From Acidobacteriaceae bacterium (GTDB lineage: Bacteria > Acidobacteriota > Terriglobia > Bryobacterales > Bryobacteraceae), in assembly GCA_019240475.1 (NCBI GenBank), contig JAFAYI010000008.1, positions 12,980-76,979 of the forward strand: a stretch of DNA of 64,000 nt, read 5' to 3'. This document shows, one piece after another, positions 9,197 to 17,986 of the stretch. Position numbers and translations under genes: made by a program. The notes under the pieces were generated by a model, which made no database searches, was not told the origin of the DNA, and was given only the letters and a program-made list of their open reading frames with translations. Position 1 is the first letter of the stretch. Each line of letters opens with the position of its first letter.

Positions 9197-11241
9197 TGCC
9201 GCTTCCCCAGGTTCAGCTCGACAATCGAAGCTATTCAGATCTGGTAACGGAGCTGCGGCGGCGCATTCCGGCGTACACCCCGGAGTGGACCGATTTCAAT
9301 GAGAGCGATCCGGGAATCGCTCTCATTGAGTTGTTCTCCTGGCTTGCGGATATCCTCATCTACCGCATTAACCAGATTCCTGATCGCGCCTATGTGAAGT
9401 TTCTCGAGATGATCGGCATCACGCTGGATCTTCCATCGGCGGCTCAAGCGTACCTGACATTCACGCTTACGTCGAAAGATCTACCGAGTCCGGTTAACGT
9501 TCCGGGCGGAACCACAGTTGGCCTGTCGAATGCCTCGGCGAGTCCGGTCATATTTGAAACGACCGAAGATCTTTGGGTAACTGGCGCGGCGCTTGCGGCA
9601 GTTCAGACCTATGATGGCGCGCGGTATTCGGTCGTGAATAACTTCAATCCAACCGATGGCAGCTCTTACTATCCGTTCAGCCAAACCCCACAGGCCGACG
9701 CCGCACTGTACATGGGATTCGACAGGCCGTTTCCGGCCGCAGCAGGCGTCCAGTATCCGTTGATTTTTCTCGTCCAGACACCGTCGGTGAACGGCGCGGC
9801 GCAGGGCGGAACCGCCGCACAGAGCAGTTCGCAGCCGATTGTCGGCGTTCTCGAGTATTCGACCGCGAGCGGGTGGGCGCCGTTCGCCGGTGTGCAGGAT
9901 ACGACCAACTCACTTACCAACAGTGGAGCGATTTTGTTTCAAGGAGCGTCCGATTGGGTTGCCACTCAATACGGAGCGTTCCGGAAGAGCAGCGATCCCT
10001 CGTACTACTGGATGCGTTACCGCATCGGTCAGTTGGTCGGCCCCGGCTACCAATCGCCGCCGCAACTCACGAATCTTCTGGTGAACACGGTCCAGGCGCT
10101 CAACGCTGTCACCGAAGAGGGCGAAGTGATCGGTGGCAGCAATGGGCTTCCGAATCAGAGCTTCATAATAAGCCACGCGCCGGTGCTTCCCAACGATCCT
10201 GGGGTCACAGGCATCGTAGAAGTGGACGAAGGCGACGGCAACGGTCCAACGCTGTGGGCTGAAGTTCCCGATTTCTCCGGTTCGGGACCAAACGACAAAG
10301 TCTACACGCTCGACCACTCGAGCGGAACGATCACATTCGGCGACGGGGTGCATGGAAAGATACCACGCTGGCTGTCGTCTGACGGTTCCAATCTGGAGAG
10401 TTCCGACACGCCGAACATTCAGGTGACAAGCTACAAATGGGGCGGCGGATCGGCTGGGAACGCAGGATCGAACAGTATTACTTCGCTGATTGATACTGTG
10501 CCGTTCATTGCCAGCGTCACGAACATCCTGCCGGCTCAACTCGGAGCCGACGAGGAAACTGTGGCAGACGCGCAAGAGCGCGCCCCAGAAGCCATTCGCA
10601 CCTTATCGCGCGCAGTCACACCCGAAGATTTCATCGCCCTGGCAAGACGAACACCGGGAGCTCGTATTCAGAGGGCCACCGCTATTCCGCTGCAAAGGCC
10701 GCAGACGCAGGTGGTTCGCGCTCCGGATGGGACCGTCATCACGCCTCCGTTGGCGCCCGGCGTTATCACCGTGATTGTTGTGCCGGATGGTCCGAACCCA
10801 GCAAGGCCGGTCGCGAACGATCAAACTTTGGCGGCGGTTGCGGCCTACCTGGACGGATATCGCCTTATCACCACCGAACTGTATGTCACCACGCCGGTAT
10901 ACCGCCTGGTTGAGGTACACGCCACGGTAACCGCTACTCCCGGCGCTCTCTCAACCGACGTTCAGGCAGCCGTGCAAAACGCATTGCTCGCCTTTTACAA
11001 CCCGCTCACAGGCGGCCAGCAGAGCGCCGGTCTACAGGGCTCAGGTTGGGATTTCGGCGGCACCATCTATGTCTCCGACGCGTATCAGCAGATTTTGCAA
11101 ATCGATAGCGTAGACCGCGTTGAAGGGCCGATCCGGATCTACGTTGATAACCAACTCCAAGCTCAGGATCAAGACATTCCGTTACAGCCCTTTGAGCTAG
11201 TGTATTCGACGAATCACGTCATAAGTGTGAGCTATTCGTAA
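9196..11241 (+). CDS. baseplate J/gp6-like protein (Afp11-like)
   Basis: TGATG junction; 681 aa. YSDLVTELRRRIPAYTPEWTDFNESDPGIALIELFSWLADILIYRIN is typical of baseplate J family N-termini. Confidence 0.85.
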   Translation: MPLPQVQLDNRSYSDLVTELRRRIPAYTPEWTDFNESDPGIALIELFSWLADILIYRINQIPDRAYVKFLEMIGITLDLPSAAQAYLTFTLTSKDLPSPVNVPGGTTVGLSNASASPVIFETTEDLWVTGAALAAVQTYDGARYSVVNNFNPTDGSSYYPFSQTPQADAALYMGFDRPFPAAAGVQYPLIFLVQTPSVNGAAQGGTAAQSSSQPIVGVLEYSTASGWAPFAGVQDTTNSLTNSGAILFQGASDWVATQYGAFRKSSDPSYYWMRYRIGQLVGPGYQSPPQLTNLLVNTVQALNAVTEEGEVIGGSNGLPNQSFIISHAPVLPNDPGVTGIVEVDEGDGNGPTLWAEVPDFSGSGPNDKVYTLDHSSGTITFGDGVHGKIPRWLSSDGSNLESSDTPNIQVTSYKWGGGSAGNAGSNSITSLIDTVPFIASVTNILPAQLGADEETVADAQERAPEAIRTLSRAVTPEDFIALARRTPGARIQRATAIPLQRPQTQVVRAPDGTVITPPLAPGVITVIVVPDGPNPARPVANDQTLAAVAAYLDGYRLITTELYVTTPVYRLVEVHATVTATPGALSTDVQAAVQNALLAFYNPLTGGQQSAGLQGSGWDFGGTIYVSDAYQQILQIDSVDRVEGPIRIYVDNQLQAQDQDIPLQPFELVYSTNHVISVSYS

Positions 11242-13331
11242 TGACTCCCGCGCGCGGCAATTATTTTCTCCTCAACTCGCTCTTCGAAGCGCAATGGCCG
11301 ATCGCTACACAAACGGGTGTTTACATCACGCCGGATGCAGGCGAGATTACTTTAGACCCGCTGCCGGGTAGCGCCAGAGTCCTGGATGCATCGGCAGTAG
11401 GTGCAGTGACGTGCCCGTTGGCCCTAGCCGCCGATTCCCAAGGCCGCTTTTTTGTACTCGACGGTGCAAACAATCGGCTCACAGTGTTGAGCCTAGCCAC
11501 CTCGCGAGCAATGCACATCGCGGCGTTCGGCGGGAAAGGCATTGGGCTACGCCAGTTCAAGAGCCCACAATCGGTAGCAGTCCTACCGTCCGGCGGGATT
11601 GCCGTTGCGGACACGGGCAACCAGAGGGTGCAGCTTTTCTCGGCCACTCCCTACGTTCTGCTGAGAGTCTGGGGCCCGCCCGACTTGGCCGTGCAACCCA
11701 ATGCAGTTGCGAGCGACAGTTCCGGAATCGTTTACATTGGCGACGGCAAGAGCGGATCTGTTCTGCGAGTCTGCACGAGCGGTGAATGGTTGGCGCCAAT
11801 CGGCGCCGGCATCCTGACGAACCCGGTCGCGTTGGCGGTTTCACCCGATAAAACCCTCGCGGTGATCGACAGCAAGAGCGGGAAAACATCGCTCGTGATT
11901 TTTCCTGGGACGGGCGGCAAGCCGGTACACCTCTCAACCGTCGCCGCCCCTTGCAGTCTCACATTTGACGACACCGGCAATCTCTACGCGGGAACCGCTA
12001 ATGCGATCGTTGCGAAATTGCAGGCGGATTCTACACAGCTCAGCGGCTGGTCGCTCGCAGGAGAAGGCGTCAGCGACGTAGATGGGCGGATCTCACAAAT
12101 CGTCTGGGTTAAGGGATCGGGCCTGATTGGAATCCTGAGTAACACCGTCCCCAAGACTGCGCCGCGCCTGTTTTCTATGGCTCCTGCCGGAGCCTACCGG
12201 CTGGCCGGCACGCTCGTCCTTAATAGCCTGGACAGCAGGATCGAGAACTGCTCGTGGCACAGAGTGCGTGTTCTGGGGAAAATTCCCGTGGGCGCAAGCG
12301 TGACGGTTGCCAGTTCTACGAGCGCCGACAACACGCATTGGACACCCTCAATCACCGGTGCTCTCCTGTCCGGCGACAACCCGGATTGCCTCATACAAAG
12401 CCCTCCGGGCCAGTACCTTCAGCTCACCGTCAATCTGCAGTCGAATGGCTCGGTCACGCCCTGTATCGACGCGCTTGAAGTCCACTTCCCGCGCACGAGC
12501 TATCTCCAATATCTACCGGCCGTGTTTCAGGAAGACGATCAGAGCCGGTTGTTCCTGGATCGCTTTCTTTCGATTTTCCAGACCACGTTCGACGGGATAG
12601 ACAGTTCCCTCGACAATCTCCAGGATGTTTTTGATCCGCTCATGACGCCGGCCAACGTCTTTCCGTGGCTTGCAGCCTGGGTTGCTCTTCCCATTGATCC
12701 GACCATGACGCTCGACCGGCAGCGGAAGTTGCTCAAGGGCGCATTCCAGGCCTATTTAAAACGGGGAACCGTCGCCGGATTACAGCAGATTATTCAGGAT
12801 TACACCGGCATCGATCAGATCCGCATTCTCGAGCATTACAGAGTTCGGAATTGGCTCACTCTGCAGGACTCATCCAGCCCTCTCGCTCAAGGCGCCCGTT
12901 TGTGGAGCGCCAAATTCTACTCGCGGTTAAGATTGGGCGTCACATCCAAGGTGGGATCGTTTCGCCTCACAAATTCGCCGCCTCCCTCTGCCGAGCCTTT
13001 CGATTGGGGAGCGAACCAGTTCAGCGTATTCTTCCCAGCGAGCCCTTACACCGCGGCTTCTACATCGTTGGCAATACAGAAGGTCCTCGATCGCGAGAAG
13101 CCGGCGCATACACAAGCCTTTCTGTCGCCGGTGTTTCCACGTCTTCGGCTGGGCGTGCAATCCACGCTCGGTGTCGACGCGTATGTGGGCAAGGTCAATC
13201 CGATGATTCTCGGTAAGCTGTCGACTTTAAATTACGACGCCGTATTGGCACGCTCGCAAAGCCAGCGCGACATGCAAGCCCTGGGACTCAGCCCGTTTCC
13301 GCGGCTCGGTAAGAACGCAACAATTCTGTGA
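11241..13331 (+). CDS. P2 gpI/Afp12-like baseplate protein with N-terminal NHL-repeat beta-propeller
   Basis: TAATG junction. NHL-like repeats are present (GRFFVLDGANNRLTVL; GIAVADTGNQRVQLF; GIVYIGDGKSGSVLRV; TLAVIDSKSGKTSLVIF). They are followed by the tail-protein-I domain (YLQYLPAVFQEDD..LDRFLSIFQ..FPWLAAWVALPID..LLKGAFQAYLKRGTVAGLQ). Confidence 0.8.
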   Translation: MTPARGNYFLLNSLFEAQWPIATQTGVYITPDAGEITLDPLPGSARVLDASAVGAVTCPLALAADSQGRFFVLDGANNRLTVLSLATSRAMHIAAFGGKGIGLRQFKSPQSVAVLPSGGIAVADTGNQRVQLFSATPYVLLRVWGPPDLAVQPNAVASDSSGIVYIGDGKSGSVLRVCTSGEWLAPIGAGILTNPVALAVSPDKTLAVIDSKSGKTSLVIFPGTGGKPVHLSTVAAPCSLTFDDTGNLYAGTANAIVAKLQADSTQLSGWSLAGEGVSDVDGRISQIVWVKGSGLIGILSNTVPKTAPRLFSMAPAGAYRLAGTLVLNSLDSRIENCSWHRVRVLGKIPVGASVTVASSTSADNTHWTPSITGALLSGDNPDCLIQSPPGQYLQLTVNLQSNGSVTPCIDALEVHFPRTSYLQYLPAVFQEDDQSRLFLDRFLSIFQTTFDGIDSSLDNLQDVFDPLMTPANVFPWLAAWVALPIDPTMTLDRQRKLLKGAFQAYLKRGTVAGLQQIIQDYTGIDQIRILEHYRVRNWLTLQDSSSPLAQGARLWSAKFYSRLRLGVTSKVGSFRLTNSPPPSAEPFDWGANQFSVFFPASPYTAASTSLAIQKVLDREKPAHTQAFLSPVFPRLRLGVQSTLGVDAYVGKVNPMILGKLSTLNYDAVLARSQSQRDMQALGLSPFPRLGKNATIL

Positions 13332-14680
13332 AAGAAAAATCCATGCCATCAAGCAATCGAAACACTTCCGGCAACCCGACATCCGCTGCGGCATCCGCGA
13401 GCGTGGCTGTAAGCGTGGACAGCGGCGCTTGTGAGATCCCGGCGTTTTGCCGCAGCAATTTCTATACGGGCAAACTGCTGACCGAGTGCGACCTGACGCG
13501 TGAACAGCGCTACCTGATCGATAAGCTGCGCCTCCACTATGTAGCCCTGCACGGCTGGGGAGTCGCATGCGGCTTGATGGTTAAGCCGCACCCCCAGTAT
13601 GCGGATCGCTTGGTTGTCACTCCGGGATTCGCCGTTGACGATTGCGGCCGGGAGATTCGGCTTCTTAAAGAATGCGTCGTACTGTTTCCCAAGCCCCCGC
13701 AGTCCTTGCCCGACCCTTGCGAGCCGGAGTTCGAGGATGAGGCCTGCGACGAATCCGGAACGGGCATAGAGATCGAACCTGAGAGACACAACTACTACGT
13801 TTGCATTCGCTACACCGAGTGCCGAGAAGACTTCATGCCGGTTGTGTTCTCCGATTGTTGCAACACCTCGAAACAGCCTAACCGCATCTCGGAGTGCGCT
13901 GTGATCGACATCCTTACGGATCCTCCGGAATGCCTGGGCGAGATCCAGCGTCATAAGCAGAGGCCCCGTGAGGAGAACTGTCACGCCTTGCTGGAGCACA
14001 CTTCTCAGAACTGCCCGCCTTCGGGTAAAGAGTGCTGCATCCCGCTCGCGCTGGTCCATGGCTACGTTTACGGCGATTCGCTTACCGAGCACATGATTGA
14101 CAACCGCGTGCGTCCCCACATGCCCAGCGTTCCTCACCTGGAAGCGCTGGTCCGCTGTGTGATGGAGCATCAACCGAAGCACGGGCCGCACCTGACGCGC
14201 ATCTCCCGCGTTCATTGGGAGCACGATCGCGAATACCGTCCTCGCGAATTCGTTCACGAGTTTGTTGGAACGCACGAAGCGCCACGGGGATTTCTGGTTG
14301 AATTCGATAAAGAAGTTCACGAGCAGGGGCTGAATCCCCGCACGTTTCAGGCGACCATCGTGCGCCATCCCTACGAGGGGCATGAAGCGAGACGGGTGGA
14401 AATCGCGCCGGCGCGGGTCACTCGCGGCGAAGACGGACGCCATTGCAGCTTGCACATAGATCCGGAATACGTTCGCCGCCATCTTCAGGAAGAAAACTTC
14501 GATGTGATCCTGACCTTGCAATGCGACAAGGTGATCGACGAAAACGGAATCCCGGTAGACGGCAACCTTCTTGCCGGAGTCCGCGAGTACGACAAGCAAT
14601 ATATGCTCCGGTTCCCGACGGGAAACGGCACGCCGGGAGGCCTGTTTGAAAGTTGGATTCGAGTCAGGCGTGAGAGATAA
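13328..14680 (+). CDS. Cys-rich CIS-associated protein, paralogue A (tail-fibre/Afp13 position), function unknown
   Basis: GTG 13328 overlaps the gpI stop (GTGA); the alternative ATG is at 13343. About 20 Cys by eye. The N-terminal module NFYTGKLLTECDLTREQRYL..HGWGVACGL..VTPGFAVDDCGREI is shared with the next two genes. Confidence 0.6.
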   Translation: MKEKSMPSSNRNTSGNPTSAAASASVAVSVDSGACEIPAFCRSNFYTGKLLTECDLTREQRYLIDKLRLHYVALHGWGVACGLMVKPHPQYADRLVVTPGFAVDDCGREIRLLKECVVLFPKPPQSLPDPCEPEFEDEACDESGTGIEIEPERHNYYVCIRYTECREDFMPVVFSDCCNTSKQPNRISECAVIDILTDPPECLGEIQRHKQRPREENCHALLEHTSQNCPPSGKECCIPLALVHGYVYGDSLTEHMIDNRVRPHMPSVPHLEALVRCVMEHQPKHGPHLTRISRVHWEHDREYRPREFVHEFVGTHEAPRGFLVEFDKEVHEQGLNPRTFQATIVRHPYEGHEARRVEIAPARVTRGEDGRHCSLHIDPEYVRRHLQEENFDVILTLQCDKVIDENGIPVDGNLLAGVREYDKQYMLRFPTGNGTPGGLFESWIRVRRER

Positions 14681-14756
14681 CTGAGCGATGAACAGGGGCG
14701 CGAAGTACAAGGCGCGAAATACACGGAATGCATAGGCGGTAATCGAGGAGACCACG

Positions 14757-16694
14757 ATGCGGCAAGGACCCAATACGAGCACAGGTATGCGAGCGAGCCC
14801 GACTTCGACCCCGGCCGCCACTCAGACCACTTCGAGTTCCTCTACAGGCGGATGCGGCTGCGGATGCCACGATCAGGCCGCGACCGAATGCAGTTGTTGC
14901 AAGCTTCACTGCTTCGAACGTCCGCAATATTTCTGCGGGCAGCTGCTTTCCGATGCGGAGCTCACTTTACAGCAGACGTACTTCCGGGAAAAGAGCAAGC
15001 TGTATCACCGGACCATGGACGGCTTCGGTGTCGTCTGCGGATTTCAGATGTATTGCGATGCTCGCTGCAAAGGCCACATTCGGATTGCCGACGGTTATGC
15101 AATCGATCCGTGCGGCAACGATCTGGTCGTCTGCGAGCCACGAACTTTCGATGTCATCGGCGCGCTCCGCAGGAAGAAGTGGCTGGTCGAAGTGCCGGGC
15201 GACCGGCCCCGAAGCGATAACGGCGCGGCCTTCCGCCTGCACAGCGAGGATGAAAACGGCGATGACTGCATCGACAAACAGTGCTTCTATATCGGGATCT
15301 GCTACTCGGAAGAGCCAATCGACTTTGCGACGCCTTACACTACCGAGTGCGATGCCGCACCCGGCCCATGCCAGCCAACCCGTATCCGGGAAGGTGTGCG
15401 ATTCGAGATCTACGACACGATGCCGGTCCGCCCAAATCCGCTCGACAGCATAGGTAAGCGTATCGAACACTGTTTCAGGATGTTTCGGGAGGGGCAGTTC
15501 TCGAAAAGCCTGGCTAGTAACGCGCCCCGCATTCTCGATATCTTGTGCCGCCCGCAAGACTCCGGCCGGCAACCTTCAGGCCGGGGAACTCCCGGACAGC
15601 CGGCGCCCGATCAGGCGCAGGCGCGCCAGAACCCGGCCGCGCTTTTCAGAGAGATGCAGGCGCAGTTTCTGCATGAACTCCATACCTGCCCCGACCGGTA
15701 CAACTGCGATCTCGAACGAGAGGTGTACCGGCTTCGGCCGCCCGATCTCGATAGTCGCGAAGGCGCGTCCGGCGAACTCGAGAGCTTCACGAGACTCTTT
15801 GAGCTGATCCAAAAGTATGTCTTCAGTTGCGTGCTATCACAACTCGCGTTTTCTTGCCCGGAACCGCAGCAGGACTGCTGTGTACTCATCGGCAGTGTAG
15901 AGGTCACGAACGGATGTCTAACGCGCGTCATCAATTATCCGCGCTGGTACTTGTGGTGCTTCGGGAACTTCTTCGAGGTGTTGCTCTACACGATCGCCAA
16001 TGACGCGGCCCGAACCGCCGCTGCGCCAGTCACTCCTCCCACCCGCGGCGCGCCGGATCCGAAGCCAACGAACACTGGATGTGGTCCGGAGTATGAAATT
16101 GATCTTTGCCAGTTCCTGAATCTATTCAGCGCGGACCATCGCGCATTCGAAAAAGCCGCGCGCAGTTCTGTCGACGCCTTACAAGCTTCCTATCGAGCGC
16201 TGGTGGAAGGATTCAACTTTATGCGGCCAGGCGGAATCGCGCCTAGCGTGCTGCGCAATCTCGACCGTGACGCCGCCGAGAATCTCGCGAGTATGTTTGG
16301 ACTCCAATTGGAACCTTCAACTGGACAGCAACCCGTCAGACCAGATGTTTTTGCGGCCCTCGCGGATAACACGCTCCATTTTCGTTCCCAAACACTTGTA
16401 TACGATACGGACGAGTCGCCCGACGCCTCCGGCAACGCAGTTACTCAAGTCAGCGGCGTGATAGGGGCGCCTGCGTTTGCTGTCGGGCCTTACACGCATT
16501 CCATGATGACGGATCTGATGGAACGGCTCACAAACACGGAGAACCGTCTCCGCCAATGTGAAGCGCGGCTTGGGACTCGGAGACAGGACACACCGCCATC
16601 TACACCGGAGAACTCGCCGTCGACGTCCGAAACGCCGGCGTCCGGTTCAGGGCCTCAAAACCCTGGTCCGCCTCAAAGAGGAACCGTCAAGTGA
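14757..16694 (+). CDS. Cys-rich CIS-associated protein, paralogue B, function unknown
   Basis: The ATG follows a GAGGAG RBS. It has an N-terminal Cys cluster (GGCGCGCH..ECSCCKLHCF). The shared module follows: QYFCGQLLSDAELTLQQTYF..DGFGVVCGF..IADGYAIDPCGNDL. About 30 Cys by eye, with a Pro/Ser/Thr-rich C-terminal tail. Confidence 0.6.
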   Translation: MRQGPNTSTGMRASPTSTPAATQTTSSSSTGGCGCGCHDQAATECSCCKLHCFERPQYFCGQLLSDAELTLQQTYFREKSKLYHRTMDGFGVVCGFQMYCDARCKGHIRIADGYAIDPCGNDLVVCEPRTFDVIGALRRKKWLVEVPGDRPRSDNGAAFRLHSEDENGDDCIDKQCFYIGICYSEEPIDFATPYTTECDAAPGPCQPTRIREGVRFEIYDTMPVRPNPLDSIGKRIEHCFRMFREGQFSKSLASNAPRILDILCRPQDSGRQPSGRGTPGQPAPDQAQARQNPAALFREMQAQFLHELHTCPDRYNCDLEREVYRLRPPDLDSREGASGELESFTRLFELIQKYVFSCVLSQLAFSCPEPQQDCCVLIGSVEVTNGCLTRVINYPRWYLWCFGNFFEVLLYTIANDAARTAAAPVTPPTRGAPDPKPTNTGCGPEYEIDLCQFLNLFSADHRAFEKAARSSVDALQASYRALVEGFNFMRPGGIAPSVLRNLDRDAAENLASMFGLQLEPSTGQQPVRPDVFAALADNTLHFRSQTLVYDTDESPDASGNAVTQVSGVIGAPAFAVGPYTHSMMTDLMERLTNTENRLRQCEARLGTRRQDTPPSTPENSPSTSETPASGSGPQNPGPPQRGTVK

Positions 16695-17980
16695 GCACCA
16701 TTGATCGCATCCGTTATTACGATGGCGAATTCCTGCGCGCCTTCGATTTCGACGACGAGCAGACCTACCACGTCGAGATGCGCCGGCGCCTGAACCGCTA
16801 CTTGCACCTCGCCGGAATCGTCTATGGTCTGCAACTCCAGCAAGAACAGGACGCCGTTGGAGTATCCATTCTGCCAGGGCTTGCGATCGATGCCCTCGGG
16901 CGCGAAATTTATGTCTTTTCGCCCTACACGCTCGGCGACAGTGACATCGTCGGCAATCGCATCTCGCAGGCGGGACAGTACGAGGTTTGGCTTCGATATA
17001 ACAAAACCGCCGGCACACCGCCATCTTCCGGCTATAGCAGTTGCAACCAGACGGACCAATACACTCGCTGGGCTGAGACGTTCAGCGTTGTGCTCCTTCC
17101 ATCCTCCTCGAGCGGGTTTACACCTCCGTCGTTCACGGATGAGGATACAGACGATCCGTCAGAGGATCAGGTTGGCGTTAGGCTAGGCACCGTGTCGATT
17201 GACCCGAATGCGTCGACTGAATTCTATGGCGCGACCCAAGATCATCGGCATTTTGCCGGCATAATCGCTCAACGCATTCAGACGCCGCTTCCTTACGACG
17301 CGACACAGTCGTTCCAATTCCAGACCAAACAGTCGCCGCACAAGCCACCCGTGTCGTTGGCGATCGAACCTAACATTTTCGCCCAGCAGAACTTCATCTT
17401 GGGACCTGATTTTGATCTGACCACCACTCCCGCTGGCAAGCCCATTACAGCCAATCCATCTTTTGGGGCCAACGCTGCGGGAAATGCGAAGCTGGCCGGC
17501 GATCTGGTAGTGCAAGGAAACATCTATTCCAGCGTGCCGGACCAATCAGGTAATCCTCAATGGCTTGGCCTGGCCGCGTATGTGAAGCAACTTGTGCAGC
17601 AAGGTCAGCCAGATATCGCGAGCGGTACGCAATGGATATCAATTCCGGTTCAGCCCCCCAACACCTTCGCCGCAGGCGTCTGGAAGGGAACGACGCAGGT
17701 GCCGGTTACCATGAACCGCTTGACGAGCGGGACCTCGCAGCAGGTTATTGTCTCCATTTCTCAGATTCAAAGCGCAAGCCAGACAGCCCTGAACACGCTG
17801 TTCACGGGAGGCGCGCAAATAGGGCTTCAGATTGTCAACGTGGGTAACTTTCAACCCTCGGGCTCCGGGATGGCCGGATATGTCAACGTGACCTGGCAGG
17901 CGCAACCGGGCTCCGCGGCTCCGGCGACGTGTGCTATCGACAATTTCACAGTGACCTGTTGGGTGATTATATTGCCCTAA
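16691..17980 (+). CDS. CIS-associated protein, paralogue C (Cys-poor), function unknown
   Basis: The GTG overlaps the upstream stop (GTGA). It carries the shared module RYYDGEFLRAFDFDDEQTYH..LAGIVYGLQL..ILPGLAIDALGREI. Only 3 Cys. The C-terminal half is beta-rich and Gln/Thr/Ser-rich, resembling fibre or receptor-binding domains. Confidence 0.6.
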   Translation: MSTIDRIRYYDGEFLRAFDFDDEQTYHVEMRRRLNRYLHLAGIVYGLQLQQEQDAVGVSILPGLAIDALGREIYVFSPYTLGDSDIVGNRISQAGQYEVWLRYNKTAGTPPSSGYSSCNQTDQYTRWAETFSVVLLPSSSSGFTPPSFTDEDTDDPSEDQVGVRLGTVSIDPNASTEFYGATQDHRHFAGIIAQRIQTPLPYDATQSFQFQTKQSPHKPPVSLAIEPNIFAQQNFILGPDFDLTTTPAGKPITANPSFGANAAGNAKLAGDLVVQGNIYSSVPDQSGNPQWLGLAAYVKQLVQQGQPDIASGTQWISIPVQPPNTFAAGVWKGTTQVPVTMNRLTSGTSQQVIVSISQIQSASQTALNTLFTGGAQIGLQIVNVGNFQPSGSGMAGYVNVTWQAQPGSAAPATCAIDNFTVTCWVIILP

Positions 17981-17986
17981 AACGTT

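Noticed and set aside
13349-14821. 490-aa minus-strand ORF, longer than the plus-strand gene it overlaps
   Set aside because: It lies fully antisense to paralogue A, inside a tightly coupled plus-strand operon. The plus-strand product shares a conserved module with two neighbours, whereas the antisense product is low-complexity and Arg/Ala-rich. This is typical of a GC-rich shadow ORF.
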